Notes: generated from the sequence alone by a model not told the origin. Positions 48,125 through 61,850 are shown, counted from the stretch's first letter. The stretch is 64,000 nucleotides of DNA from Balanoglossus misakiensis (GCA_040954595.2 CM082578.2:3764831-3828830), one strand, 5' to 3'. Numbers and translations are program-made.

Positions 48125-51100
48125 ATTCAGTCTGTAGTGTATTTACATGATTCGCTGGATGGCATTGAAAACATTGAGCTAGACTGTCGACAGTCCCTCG
48201 CGCCTAATGTGTATCGATTCGGCGTTTCGTGCGAGGGCCGTAAGGCCCGTATCTTTTGAGGGCCGAAGGCCCGATTCGGCGTTTCGTGGTGCGATGGCCG
48301 TAAGGCCTCGGGCGTGGGCGTGGCCCAAGGGACTGTTATACCTTGTTTCGCCCTCACACGGGCACTGTGGGAAAATGCCCCAGTAAAATGATTGACAGTT
48401 AATATACGTCATAAACTCATAAACGGCAAAGATGTTTTTGTTGCGTCGCCAACGGGCAGTGGGAAGTCTTTGGCGTATGAAATCGCACCTTTTCTCTTGG
48501 ACAGAATCGGCGAATTTACCGAGGAACCGTCATCGATAGTTTTGGTTGTTTCGCTGCTGATTTACGCCCCCATATGCAAATTTTACTACGTCATTTTCTG
48601 CATGGATAATTAATATCAAGGCAAGGCTTACAAGCTATAACAGTCCCTCGGGCCTCGCACCACGAAACGCCGAATCGGGCCTTCGGCCCTCGCACGAAAC
48701 ACCGAATCGATACACATGAGGCGCGAGGGACTGTCGACAGTCTAACATTGAGCCTATCATTGCCGAAGCATATGCCAAGTTCAATAATTTTTATTTAATA
48801 GTAGCTGGCGATTTTAACGCCCGCACTGGTGATTTACATGATTATATAGTACAAGACAATGACGTGTATTTACAACTGGGCTATGAACCTGACATCTTTG
48901 ATTTACCACGTAGTTCGAAGGATAAACGTGTCAATTTATTTGGAAGGCAGCTGTTAGAACTATGTAAACAAGTTGATTTGCATATTGTGAATGGACGCTT
49001 CCCTGGTGACCTGTATTTCAAACAATGGGGCTAGCGTTATAGATTATGTAATCTTGTCTTCAGAAATGTTTTCACTTGTTGAAGACTTTTCAAGTGTACC
49101 CATTGATATATCTGACCATTTTCCTATCTGTTGTAAATTTACTGACATTCAGTACACTGTACCAGAAAAAATTGATTTTGTGTGCAATACTCAACCTAGG
49201 CAACGCTTCAAATGGAATCCGACGTACTCAGACGTGTTCCAGCTGAAAATGGAAGATCGCCATGTTTGTCAACTTCTAACAAGTGTGTGCGACCATATTG
49301 CAAATGACAGTTCTGATCTAGCTATTCAGACCATAAGTGACATCTTCGATTATGCGGCCTCAGAAATGAAAGTCAAGAACAAATCTGGCACTCGTCATCG
49401 TGCACAATAAGTTTGGTGGGATGCAGACTGTGGACGCGCCAAAAATGAAAAGTATAGACTCCTTAATATATTCAGACTTACGAATAGTAATAATGATTTG
49501 TGTTTATATCATATCGCAAAGAACAAATTTAAAGCCATTTGCAAGCAGAAGAAATTGTTGTTTCAGCAGAAACAAAAACGTGAACTGTTGGGGGCGAGGA
49601 ACGACCCAATCAAGTTTTGGGGGTATTTACGCAATCTGAGACGTACTGTTTCGTCCAATGTTGTTATTTCAACAGATCAGTGGCATGATCAGCATTGTAT
49701 AGACTGTCTTGAAAATGTTCCCCATGGCCTTAATGCAGTTATTTCTGTGTGGGAAATTGAGAAAGCTATCAGCTGCATGCCAAATGGAAAATCACCTGGT
49801 CATGACGGTCCTGTCAGTGAATTACTTAAGTATAGCTGGCCACGTTTAAGCAGTGTTTTACATCTTTTATTCAACAACATTTTCTCTAATGGTAGCTTCC
49901 CAATCAGTTGGAGTAAAGCCATTATTGCACCACTTCACAAAAAGGGAAGTTTAAGTGATGTAAATAATTATAGAGGCATTTCCCTGCTTTCTGTACTTAG
50001 TAAAATTTTTACCAAAACTTTGAACTTTCGTTTGCAAAAATGGCGCCAACAAAATAAAATTATTTCAGAAGCCCAGGCCGGCTTTCGGCATGGCTATAGT
50101 ACCATCGATAATATTTTCACCCTCCAAGCTATTGTAGCAAAACATTTGACTGTGCGAAAAGGAAGATTTTATTGTATTTTCATAGACTTTTCAAAGGCCT
50201 TTGATTCTGTCCAGCATGACTTACTGTGGGTAAATTGATTAGATATGGCATTCATGGAAATTTTCTTTCTGTTCTAAGATCAATGTATACAATGTAGTAA
50301 CTTACAATATTGTGTAAATACTTCAGTCGGTTTAACCGATTATTTTGAGTGTACCATTGGAACACGTCAAGGATGTATGCTAAGCCCTACATTGTTCACC
50401 TTATTCATTAATGATCGTGTTGAGTATTCAAATAAGTTTGAGTGCGAGGGTGTGTATATAGATGAGGAAGCCAAAAACCTTAATATTCTGATGTACGCAG
50501 ACGATATTGCTGAAGGTTCGGATGTTGCCATTCGCACCCAGAGACAAATTGATCAGCTTAAGCGTTTTTGTTCTCATTGGGGGTTAAGTGTTAACTTAAA
50601 TAAGACTCAAATTATAGTGTTCCGTAGAGGAGGTCCCCTTAAAAATAACGAAAAATGGTTCCTGGGTAACAGACAAATTGAAGTTGTTCCATATTACAAA
50701 TATTTAGGTTTGGTTTTCTCGTCCAGACTTAGTTGGAGCCCAACTAAGAGAAATCAAGCCTCACAAGGAAGAAAAGCTATGTTTCAATTGAAAACTGTAT
50801 TGAGAAGGCTGGGTGGACTGTCATTGTCCGATTCTTTTAAACTTTTTGACACTTATGTCACTCCAATTCTCTTGTATGGCAGCGAAATTTGGGGCTGGGA
50901 GCACTTTCTTCAGGTCGAACAAGTTCATTATCAGTTTTGTAAATTTCTTTTAAATGTAAGCAGAAAAACAAATGATTTAGCTGCAATTGGTGAATGTGGT
51001 AGATTTCCACTAAGTGTAATGTATTTCAAAAGATGAGTGAAGTATTGCAGATGGACTCTAGCAGATATCCTTATAAATGCTATGTAATGTTGTGTAGATT

Positions 51101-51772
51101 ATCCGAAGAACGTGGTATAACATCAATTAACTGGGCCTTTAATATCAAAACCACCTTACTTTGTCAATTTGGATTTGGCCATGTATGGTTAAACCAGGGT
51201 GTCGGTTCCACAAGTTTGTTTTTATCTGTCTTTACACAGAGACTTGAAGATTGCGCCAGGCAGAACTGGTATGAAGGGATACATTCATCTCCAAAGTTAC
51301 GCACGTATCACACATTCAAATCAATGCTCGAACCAGAAACATATCTCAGTAGTATCGATATTCTTAAATTCAGAAATGCTTTATCCAGATTCCGCTGCTT
51401 TTCACATGCCCTGGAAATCGAGAAAGGTCGCCACGAAAATATTCCCCTAGATGAAAGGCTCTGTAAATTTTGTTTGAAGAACAACAATCATTGTATTGAA
51501 GATGAATTTCATTTTATTTCCATTTGTCCAATGTATATTAACCTTCGAAAGGAAATGCTGCCAAACTGGCTTTATGTAAATCCTTCATTTGATAAGTTTA
51601 CATATCTGTTGAGAACCAAAAATGTGACATATTTAAATAATTTAGCATATTTTATTTATTGTGCAATGAAAACACGAGAGGAGTTCCTCTCTCTCGGTTG
51701 ATTTCACATGTAAATTACTTGCTCTATGGGCCTGTGGCCTTATTGTATGTTAATAAATCATATTATTATAAT
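48125..51772 (+). mobile_element. RTE-X-like LINE, 5'-truncated, degenerate
   Basis: GDFNARTG, NLFGRQLLELC, SVIDY, SDHFPI, NYRGISLL, QAGFR, DFSKAFD, RQGCMLSPTLF, MYADD, YKYLG, LLYGSEIWG, LEIEKGRH..RLCKFC..EDEFHF..CP; AATAAA with TAT-rich tail. Confidence 0.85.
48180..48744 (+). mobile_element. Non-autonomous AcademH-like DNA transposon with RecQ-like helicase fragment
   Basis: TIR TAGACTGTCGACAGTCCCTCGCGCCT..; 9-bp TSD ACATTGAGC; internal GKDVFVASPTGSGKSLAY..IVLVVS (SF2 motifs I/Ia). Confidence 0.8.
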
Positions 51773-54748
51773 ACTGTTTTGATAAGGCGACTATGTCTTA
51801 AGTACTTCAGAAAAAAACTGAACACTTGAAATGGTGTGCATATTTACCAATAGCCACCAGTGTTTTACTCTTGTACCGCAGAATCAGTGAGCTTTTTGGC
51901 GTGTTTAAATGTTTCCTTAAAACTACAATTCAAGAAAACATATTCACAGGCAATGTCGTGTATTTTTGGAGGAAAACAACTATATCGAGTCGTACGTGTA
52001 AAAGCGACTGTGTAAATTTAGCAAAACTATCTTTTTTATAGCACTATAGTCGTGTACCAATAGAAACGTTTCAGATGAACAGTCGTCGCATCGGCAGTGG
52101 AAACTTTTACTTTTACAGGAGATAACGATGAAGTTTATGCAAATTGTTTCTGCGCTTTCACCTTGTACGCGTGCGCAAATTAAAAGACGCTGGTGTAGCT
52201 GTGGTTGATCATGGCCGCCCACCTGGCATGGCACACCTTCGCTTGCCAATAAAGCGTGTTTATTCTATTATAGTAGGGCACGTAGGGACCCTCCCTCACA
52301 ACGGGTCGGACGCTGCCACGATAGACTGAAATATCCAGTTATACGCGGGCACGATTGAATATCTTAAATACAAAATATCTTGAATATAAATATTAAATAT
52401 CTTAATATCCTGGCAACTAAGAATAAAATGTAAATATATATATATAAATATGTAAAGTGAAGATAGAGTCGTACACGTTTCAACATACCTTAACAATTCG
52501 ACATAGGTGAATCGTGCGGTCGAAGTTTGCATCTTTCTCTGATATATAACATGGTAAGTCTACATTCACAAAAGAATAATAATTTGAACACGTTTAATTA
52601 GGTAAAATAGGTCGGAATGTTTGACGTTCTGATAACTGCCGTCATAAAATTTTTTGATATGTCTGAAAGGAGAACAGCGAATACTTCAAAGTGGCCGTAG
52701 CCATTTTGCATCATGGCTTCAACTCTGGCTATTTTAACGATAAACGTATCAGAGTACAATGAGCGGTGAGACCTTCTATATTAGGTGTGTTTACAATAAA
52801 AAATACGGGACGGACCGTCTAAGAATACACCTGTTTTCTATCTCAGACATTTCGACGATTTATCGTCACAGCAGTGGTTTTACTGTCGCTACAAGCAAGC
52901 GGCTCCTTGCTAGAAAGAAACGATGGCGCCAATCAGAATGCCGCTTGTCACGGCGAAAACTGTCAGATCTCAACATCTCAGCATTATAAGAAATATTTTA
53001 TCATCACGTATTATGCTGTCTGAAACTCTCAATTATCAAATAATATATTTGCTATACCACAGACGCTTCGTATGTAGCTGTATGTACTGTACACGAATAT
53101 GTAGAAAAGTGTGAAAAGTATAAGAAACTACAACATATAACGCTTTTCAACTGCTCTCCATAACATCATTTCCATTTTGTTAACACATAGGGCTCTGGAG
53201 ACGGGAGCTAGTCGAATTGTACTTGTGGTAATTGTGATTTGATAGAGTATGTCAATGGAATTGCTGCATGGCATTGTAGCGTATGTACATTGGGAACTAT
53301 AAATATATTCTGTAGTAGCCTGGGGGTCTACTTTTCACCTGAAATTACCCGATTCTAAACGTAGGTCGATCGACACTTAGGAAATGTCCCAACGCCTTTG
53401 AAAAATCTTCACAAGCAACAGAGCAACGGTAAATGATACTGAATACTATTCCACATGTCCCAAGGTCCCATTCAAAGGTCCCTTCTCCTGGGTTCCGTTT
53501 CAACCGGCTACCACGTCCATATCTGATGGCGCGTGTATTGAGGATGTCCCTCACTTCGGCGAAATGAACTTCCATTGCAATTTCCACGTTGTGTAATTTT
53601 GTTCTGTAGTCTATTAACAAACAGATCCATTCTCATACAAAACCAAGACAAGAAGTTATCTCTTGGTCTTCTGTTCCTATACTAGATTCATAATTATTTT
53701 TAAGAAGATGACGTATTGTAACACCAGCAAAACTTTGGGTCAACATTAACTGCGGGTAAATATTACAATTTGGTGAAATGTATAAAGGGGATTACAACCA
53801 AAAATGTATTCCTGAGACCCAGAATAAAGTCTGATTTAGCCTCCATATGTTGAGTTCTCGTCTCCAGTTACAAAAGCATTACCTCTCAGCAACGGACTAA
53901 GTGTATTCCACACAAACAAACTCTTCCTAAATTTGGTCCGTAACAATATTCACTTTGTGATTTTGCATTTATACTATGACACCGCAGTCACAGTATAAAG
54001 TAACAGAAGATTTCTCACTCTATGAAAATTAATTCAGGCGTTTATCTGTAGATGTGAAAGTATTTCTGCAGTACTGGATACATTTAAATATTGTCTCCTT
54101 AACTACAGTTCGGCCTATAGAGTGTAATAAAAAGCTTGTATCGGGCGTGCACAAATATACTGGTAGTAGCGTACAGGCATTTGCGTTTATACTATCGTAT
54201 GTGAGTTTTTTATAGAAGTACAAAAAACAATCGTGTATTCTGTGCACACTAACGCTAATTATAGCCGTATAATACGTCTGTAAAACGGCAGGATATCCTG
54301 AACATATACAGAAGAAACTAACTCACTCACAAACTCACTCACTCATAGCCCACGTAACGTTCCGCTACGATGCTACCGGACATCGTACACTGAGGCGCAC
54401 CCAACGGTTTGGCTGAGGTGGATGGTTTAGGTGGAACTATAGGCTCAGCGTTGCCATATATAACTGACCGAATATTTAAGTTTTAAAATCGAGTTTGTAT
54501 TTTTGTCTGGTCTATTTATAAAATCTAATCATAGTCTCAAATTTTTCCCTGTAGGCCGCTATATGCGTTTGCTGTGTGCACAATGTATGGGGGGGGGAGA
54601 TGAGCTTTGGGAAATCATGATAGACACATACCATACAGTACCCGCTTGAAAACACTTGTTCGCTGTACAACGAAAACACACAAGCTTCAACAAGTGTTGA
54701 TCATGGTTAATTTATGCAAATGACGAGAGGTGTAAAGATAAACTCTTA

Positions 54749-55645
54749 TTGTGCGGCATCGACATTGGAGGAATCCACATTGTATTGAACCTGTACAGTC
54801 CCCCACAGGGTGATAAAACGAGAATTTCAATACACGATGTACCATTTCACGTGACGAATGCGACGGTTGATGCATTTCTCAGTCAGTATTGTGAACAGAA
54901 GGAAGCTGTTGTCCGGTGCACGGTCACAGATCCACTGGACGGAGCAAAATACTACGGTGTGAAAATTTCTTATCCCATTAGAATTTTCTATACCGGTCAA
55001 CCAACCGAATGTCGACACTGCAAGGGTGAAGACCACCAAACACGGCACTGCCCGAATCGTCCACCAATGAAATGTTACAACTGCCAACAAAGCGGTCACA
55101 GCGGACGTCTCTGTCCAAAAAGCAAGCAATGCTACAATTGTAAAGACTTTGGTCACATTGCTGCGAAGTGCCCGAAAACCGTTGAAAACGAAAAAGCGGT
55201 CGACAAGTTTGTGGAAAGTTATTCTAAGCGTGTCAGAGAAGCAGAAAAAATTATCGACATGGCTATTGAAGACATTACGCAGTCGACAACGAATCTTGTG
55301 ACGACAACTGCGGTAGTTCACGCCAATCCAGAGAAAGTGACGACGGCAAAGAAAGATGGCGACGAGCGGGAAAAGAAACCGGTGAAGTCACCAACTTCGG
55401 AAGACGTTTTCCGGTCGCCCGACAGCTATAGACAGAAAAGGATTGGTATTACTCGGTTCTTCTCAAGACTAAGTTCAAAAAAAGACAAGCGTTCTCCGCC
55501 AACTCCGATTGAAAACCTCCAAAAGAAGAGAAGAGAATTTGCCAGCTCCCATTCGACAATCAGCAACATTTCAAGTAATTCGGACTCGCGAGAGAATCCA
55601 CAGAGAAGCGATGCGGTTGTAAAGGGAAGACCGAGATCGGTTTAA
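54749..55645 (+). CDS. LINE ORF1 (gag-like, 3 zinc knuckles)
   Basis: YTGQPTECRHCKGEDHQTRHCP, CYNCQQSGHSGRLCP, CYNCKDFGHIAAKCP. Confidence 0.85.
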   Translation: MCGIDIGGIHIVLNLYSPPQGDKTRISIHDVPFHVTNATVDAFLSQYCEQKEAVVRCTVTDPLDGAKYYGVKISYPIRIFYTGQPTECRHCKGEDHQTRHCPNRPPMKCYNCQQSGHSGRLCPKSKQCYNCKDFGHIAAKCPKTVENEKAVDKFVESYSKRVREAEKIIDMAIEDITQSTTNLVTTTAVVHANPEKVTTAKKDGDEREKKPVKSPTSEDVFRSPDSYRQKRIGITRFFSRLSSKKDKRSPPTPIENLQKKRREFASSHSTISNISSNSDSRENPQRSDAVVKGRPRSV

Positions 55646-55711
55646 ATCAAGTAACTGTGTTTATTTAAATATATATACATATATACTTGCTTTTTGTGTG
55701 TGTTTTCATTT

Positions 55712-56890
55712 ATGGCTTGTAAAATAGTTACACTGAACATTAGAGGAATACCAGAAAGAACAAAACGCAACCTTATTTTCAATTGGTGCCGTCGTAAAGG
55801 TTTCCACATGATTTGCTTGCAAGAGACCTATAGTAAAAAGAGTGATGAGAAAATATGGAATAGGGAATGGGGAGGTAACATTTTATATAACCACGGCACA
55901 ATACACAGCTGTGGAATACTTTTTTCAAATAACATTCCTGTTTCTACTAGTGAGGTTCATAAACACATCATTTGGAGATTTATCAGTGTAAAATTAGATT
56001 TAGAGGGATCTTCCCTCCGTCTTTTCAATATTTATGCTCCGAACAGTACTTCTGCCAAATTTTCTTTTTTTGCTAGCCTTAAATTTGTAATTTTGTTAAT
56101 CAAGTGATGTTAGATGGCGACCACATTGTAATTTGTGGCGATTTCAATACGATTTTGGATCCAAAGTTAGACAAATTTTCTAGTTGTGACAAAGACAATG
56201 ACTGCGTTGATGCCAAGGCAAGGCGTTCTTTAAAAACTATTTTGCAATTGTATGATTTGTGCGACATTTGGCGTAAGTTTCATCCTTATGTTAAGCAATA
56301 TACCTGGCGGCGGAGAAGGCCTATAACACAAAGCCGTCTCGTCTCTTTTTTTCTTGTGTCAAATGGAATTAACAAAAGTGCTACTCTGTGTGAAATCATT
56401 CCTGCAAGTTATAGTGATCACATGGCTGTTGTGCTTTCCTTTGTTTATTGTAAGCATGAGAAAGGTCCAGGTTACTGGAAATTTAACAACAGTCTGTTAG
56501 AAGATAATGTTTATTTGAATAAGCTGGTTGTTTATATTGAGAATTGTGCAAAAAAATATAACCATGTGGCTTGTAAACAAACGAAATGGGATTTATACAA
56601 GAAAGGGTTAAAGCAGTTTACAGTTACATACAGCATTCAGAAAAACCGACAGCAACTGAGTAAGAAACAAGATCTTGAAGATCTGTTAAAGCAGAGCGAG
56701 AAATTGTTGTGTAATTTCCCATCAGATGAAAATTACGGGGCATTTCAGAAAACTTGCTCTGACCTCAATAGTATTTTAAGTAAAGAGGCAGAGGGTTGTC
56801 AAATCAGAGCAAGAGCCCGATGGGTGGAAAAGGGGGAAAAACACAAAGTATTTCCTTGGCCTAGAAAAAAGGAACGCCACAAAGAAAAAT
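55712..56890 (+). pseudogene. LINE ORF2 APE endonuclease region (frameshifted)
   Basis: IVTLNIRG, CLQETYS, NIYAPN, CGDFN, DIWR, SDHMAV, GPGYWKFNNSLL, RARARWVEKGEK. Confidence 0.88.
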
Positions 56891-57344
56891 AATTACTACT
56901 ATGAATGTACAAGCGACACACACACAGGATTGGGTGAAAGTGGGGTGTGTTTTATTAATTGAATGTGGTGACACACTCCACACCGACCAACGGGTGGGTT
57001 GGGTTGGGAAAAACGACACACGAACCAACTAATATGGCCAAGCCAAAAGACTGAGTGGCTGGGCGCCAAACAGAAAACTGCTACAGTACTAAAAAAAACC
57101 CGCCAATTCGGAAAGCACCAATCACAGGGCCGGTAGCCCCCTTGTAAACTGAGGGGCGCCCTCACAGTCCGTAATTAAACATTTCTTTAACAAGAAATAA
57201 ACAAATTACTACTATGAATGAACAAGCGACACACACACAGGATTGGGTGAAAGTGGGGTGTGTTTTATTAATTGAATGTGGTGACACACTCCACACCGAC
57301 CAACCAAAATCACCCAAACCTCTGAGTGAGTAGTAAAAGTTACT

Positions 57345-58202
57345 CTAGGAAAAGTTTCCATCACGAATTGCCCTGCCCATAGAAGCAGTAACTTCTAATT
57401 TGTCGACCAAAGGTACTTTAATGTACTGACGGAAAGCATCACTGGCCCAATCACCGTGCATACGAAGCATTTCTGGAGGGATGCCGCAGTGGAATGCAAA
57501 CGAACAACCTCCTCTGCGGAAGCTGTGACCAGAGAAATACTGAGGGGAGAAACCGGCCAAGGAAACCAGACGGGAAAGTGCTCCGGAAAAAACCCTGGCT
57601 GAAAGAGGGACAAGGCAACCTCCAGACGGTACGACGAATGCAGGTGCAGTGGCCGGTGCTGGGATCAAAGAACACATTGATTTAAAAGCTTTAACTGGGC
57701 AGAGTGGGGAACCAGGAATACAACAAATAGGGAGAAAATGCAAACGCTCCCCAAATTGAATAGTCTTACTATAACTAACAGTAACGACTAAGTAATGCTC
57801 AAAAACTCTAACTTTGTCCATAGTCAAGTGCTTAGCACTGTCAAAGCTATGTGGACCTGGGGGTACTAAATTACTCTTCCTGAAAAAAAAAACAAAAAAG
57901 GCAAGTAAGAAACAGGCCCACAAAGCGGAGTGAACTGGTTTAGAAAGGTCTAAAAACTTAAGAAATTTAAGTAACATCTGAGGTGTGATTGGGTGTTTTT
58001 GACAAGGTAATGTTGAAAGTTCTCTCTTAAGCGCTCTAACTGATAATTCAACGAGGAAATCTGAGATTGGTTCCACCGAAAACCCATTGTATGAAGCAAA
58101 ACGCTTAAGACTAGTCTTGTAGTTGAGGATTGTACCAAAGGCATGGATGCCACGTGCTAGAAACTCTAAGAAATTGCAAATGGTGAGTGGGTCTAAAGGC
58201 AA
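57345..58202 (-). CDS. Tyrosine recombinase
   Basis: FFRKSNL (R), SKTIQF (K), LCPV, HSFRRGG (HxxR), HGDWASDAFRQY (catalytic Y). Confidence 0.92.
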   Translation of the reverse strand: MPLDPLTICNFLEFLARGIHAFGTILNYKTSLKRFASYNGFSVEPISDFLVELSVRALKRELSTLPCQKHPITPQMLLKFLKFLDLSKPVHSALWACFLLAFFVFFFRKSNLVPPGPHSFDSAKHLTMDKVRVFEHYLVVTVSYSKTIQFGERLHFLPICCIPGSPLCPVKAFKSMCSLIPAPATAPAFVVPSGGCLVPLSARVFSGALSRLVSLAGFSPQYFSGHSFRRGGCSFAFHCGIPPEMLRMHGDWASDAFRQYIKVPLVDKLEVTASMGRAIRDGNFS

Positions 58203-58367
58203 TGGTTTAACATTAAAATATGTACAAAACAGAAAATATGACTTAATATGACTTCTGAAGTTCTGTGCTGTGCCGCTCGCGTAAGCTGAACGGCGACGGA
58301 TGACTGATTGTTGGCAAAGCGTCCTCCACTGTCTTGTGCCAATAAGGTCGAGTCCTGTAGGAACAAA

Positions 58368-60481
58368 TCACCAATCATGAGTGAATTCAAACAATGTGAC
58401 ATCGGCAAAAAATTCATCTAACATTTGACCTTTGCACAGGCTATGGAATTGTCTGCGATACTTATCGTCCAAATGCCACCTGCTCAAGCAGTCAGCCTGA
58501 GAATTTGCTACTCCTGGGATGTGCATAGCTTTGATTTCTAATTGGTATTTAGCACAGTAAAACAAAAGTTCTCTTGCGCAAGCAACCATAAATTTGTCTT
58601 TACTGCGACCTGTATTAATTACTGAAACTGTAGCTTCATTGTCACATGCTACATTTAAACCAAGACCCTGCCAGCTGTGACCCCACAATTTGACAGCAAC
58701 CACGACGGTAAGTAGTTCCAATGCTGAGATGTGCAACTCCTGGCTGGTGATACTTTCTGGAAATATTGCATGAAAAAATCCAGAATTTGTGATACCCCCA
58801 CAACCACTTAGACATGCATCAGTGTGCAGGGGTCGATTGTTTTAAGTCTGTTGATTTGCGGTATCAATGAGATGCCATTGTACGTAGGTAGGAATGTTAT
58901 CCACCACAACAAGTCTTTTTTGAAGTGGTGGGTAAGACGTGTTTTATGATGATTGCGTTTCAGTCTGCGAAGCAGTGCTAACATTCTTGTCACAAATAAT
59001 CTCCCTGGTCTCACGCAAGCCGCGATGAACATGAGTTTCCCGATGAGTGACTGAAGTTCCCGTTTCGTTGCCGTGCGTTTGTCCTTCCACTGGTCCAGAA
59101 TGGATATAGTGTCCTCTAATCGCTCGCTAGTCACAAACATTGTCATTGTTTCCGAGTCAAAGCCGACTCCTAAGAAAATCATACGAGTGGTGGGCGGTAC
59201 ACTTTTCGCTACGTTCTCTTGTAAACCAAGTTCTTGTAGCAAATCACCTAATTTATTAAAGGAATCTGATGCCCAAGTAGGTGAGTCAACCCCTCCAAAG
59301 TCATCCAAGTAATTGATGCTGGTGTAGCCTAGTTGCTGATGCAGGTAAGTTACAGCGTTCGTTACCCGTTGACATGCCATTGCTGCGCTGCGAATCCCAA
59401 AAGGAAACACAATGTCAAAGTATAGATTGTCCTTCCATTCATAACCCAGAAGGTGATAGTCGTGCGGGTCCATGTATAACAACAAACACCCTTTTCCATA
59501 ACTGCGTATCAAGGATGCAAATGTGTCAACTGTTGGGTATTTCAGGGAATAGTCTTCCCCTAAATATGAGTTTGCAGGAATGCCATCGTTCACTGAGTTG
59601 CCCGATGGAAAGCTGAGGTCTAGAATGATGCGTCGTTCGTCAGAGTCTTTCTTGCTAACAGTAGAGATAGGTGACACCGTAAGTGGTACGTTAAACGGAT
59701 TTGAAGTAAATGGTCCGGCAGTAGCTCCCAAGAGGGATTCTTTGTCAATGAATCTGTCGACATGACTGCTGTAATCTAATGCTGACTTATGATTGTGTCC
59801 ATGTGTAACAGGTAAGGTGTCTTTGATATAGCCTACAGGCCACCCAAATTCTAGGAAATCACAAATGCTGCTGTCTTTGTAGCCTTGAAGACGTTGTCTC
59901 CACACATTAACATTAAGTTTTGTAGGTACTGGTAACTTGAGGCCTTCATAATTGTAAAGCCCTGATGTGTACACCAAATCATGTAAGTTCAACAAGTATT
60001 GCAAAGTGTGATCTGGAACAGCTTGCGATTGATGACTGTCTTTGATTGATTCAGATGGCTGGTTTACAGTTTTGTGAGCAGTCGTTACTGAAACATGCGA
60101 GGCGTTGTCATGGGGCTGTATACCGTAAGCATTATCACGCTGGTGACAGTCCTTGACAGGTTGCTCCTGAGAAGCAGTGAGAAAAAGGCAGTTCCCTTGC
60201 ATAACTGTTGTGTTGTGGGTCTCAGGAGTAGCGGAATTACGAGTACGTTGTTGCATAACCGTAGAATAACTGTTTTCATAAGGATTGTCACTTGAAGCTG
60301 TCGAGTTCTTAGTTCCGTTGCGAACATGCGATACCTGCTGAACGACATGATTAGGTGTAATTGTTTGTGTTAGAGTATGTTGCTTACTTCTGCAGCGCCT
60401 GGCTGCTAGCGTCCGATGGCGTAGTAGGCGTTTTTGTTTGCTGCTCGCGAAAAGGACATCTGACAATAGGGTGCGGAGCAT
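58368..60481 (-). pseudogene. Ngaro RT/RNase H (frameshifted; RT motif-A region deleted)
   Basis: RRIILDLSFP, FPFGIRSA, YLDDF, FLGV, LQSLIGKL; RNase H HISALEL, CDN, HIPGVANSQADCLSR. Confidence 0.9.
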
Positions 60482-61329
60482 GTTGACCCTTTGTTATGCA
60501 ATGTAGACAGGCGTGCAACTTCTTACACTGTTTACCAGTTTGGGGGGTCATCATAAGGGCAAGTGCTTTTCCAATTCCACGAAAAGCATAAAAAGTTAAA
60601 TTGATTGTTATGCTTGGGTTTATCTTGTTGTTGTTGTTGTACCGAAACATTCGTAGTGTGCATAGGTGCCGTGGCCTTAAATGCCCAGTACGCTAGGTTG
60701 TCAAAACTATCACTCCAAGTAGCGTGGCCCATTTCTATCTTATGCAATGCCTTGGCGTGGAACTCTCTGGTTTTCTCCCATCCGTACAATATCTTGTAGT
60801 TAATTAGGTCTTTTAAATGGGCGATCCTGTATTCTTTCTCTTCTACGGAGATCAACGCTGGTATGTGAGTGATAATGGCGAGATAACCGGCGAGGAAATT
60901 GTCAAAGGACAAACTGTTGTAGTCAGTAGCCTGCGTTGACGGCATGACGTCCACCATAATATTATGGGGCCACAGTGTGGGTCTTACTACGCGGTCCTGG
61001 GGCTTCGTAAACATGCCTGATTTGTGCTTACCGGAAGGTGCCTGAGCTAGAAAATCGTCTTCAGCAAATGGTAACCATTGTCTCATTCTGTCCTCTGACC
61101 TCCGTACCAGATCGTTGTCTCTCCGAAATTCGTTCACGTCTACATCGTGGTGCAGGAGTGATGGGGTTTCTGCCAGACGACGCTGGGTGGAATGGTTACG
61201 TTGACGACTACTGCTACGAGTATCGCTTGATTGGACACGTAGGCCTTCAATTTCACGATCGACCTCCCGGATACTAGCTTCCAACTGCTCGATTGCTTCA
61301 GCGGCATGTTTCTTATTCCTACGAGGCAT
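60440..61329 (-). pseudogene. Ngaro gag-like ORF1 with C-terminal Cys/His finger (frameshifted)
   Basis: KSG..WPH..LSFDNFLAGY..HLKDL..YGWEKTREFH..IEMGHATWSD; CFSWN..C then HACLHC..HPIVRCP in another frame. Confidence 0.75.
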
Positions 61330-61552
61330 GTTTAGATATGATTTCACAGAAGACGGCAGGAAAAAACGACACACGAACCAACTAATATGGCCAAGCCAAA
61401 AGACTGAGTGGCTGGGCGCCAAACAGAAAACTGCTACACTACAGTACTAAAAAAAAACCGCCAATTGGGAAAGCACCAATCACAGGGCCGGTAGCCCCCT
61501 TGTAAACTGAGGGGCGCCCTCACAGTCCGTAATTAAACATTTCTTTAACAAG

Positions 61553-61850
61553 AATTATATTATATCATGCTACCGTCCGCGATTCTGATTGGACGAGAGC
61601 TATGGTAAAATACTGTTTTACCACTGCTGGCAGTGGTAAAACGGGCCCCTGAACTAGCATGCAGCAGGGAAAATGTGCGGTTATACCACAGTCGCGCGGG
61701 ATTAAACCAAATGAATAACATAAAAACACTTGAATTTACGGATGTTTTATTTTGGAACTGCTCTGCTCTGAATATTTTGCACTTTTGTCACTTTTTGGCG
61801 TCTGCTTTATGTTTAATGCTCGATCCCGGGCCGCACGTGTTTACATTACA
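61553..61850 (-). mobile_element. Partial inverted relative of the hairpin elements at 10897 and 46066
   Basis: ATTATATTATA..GATTCTGATTGG is the reverse of the CCAATCA..TATAATATAAT end. Confidence 0.4.

Larger units (their letters stand above)
56891..61554 (-). mobile_element. Ngaro-type (DIRS order) tyrosine-recombinase retrotransposon with split direct repeats
   Basis: A1 (61359-61554), gag, RT/RH, YR, B1 (57204-57304), A2 (57007-57196), B2 (56891-56991); no methyltransferase domain seen. Confidence 0.92.

Noticed and set aside
53345-53620. 91-aa minus-strand ORF as a possible exon
   Set aside because: No recognisable motif or convincing splice signals.
61633-61850. N-terminal ~70 aa of the 585-aa ORF as a novel RT fusion
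   Set aside because: Chance read-through from an inserted repeat into a deleted RT.
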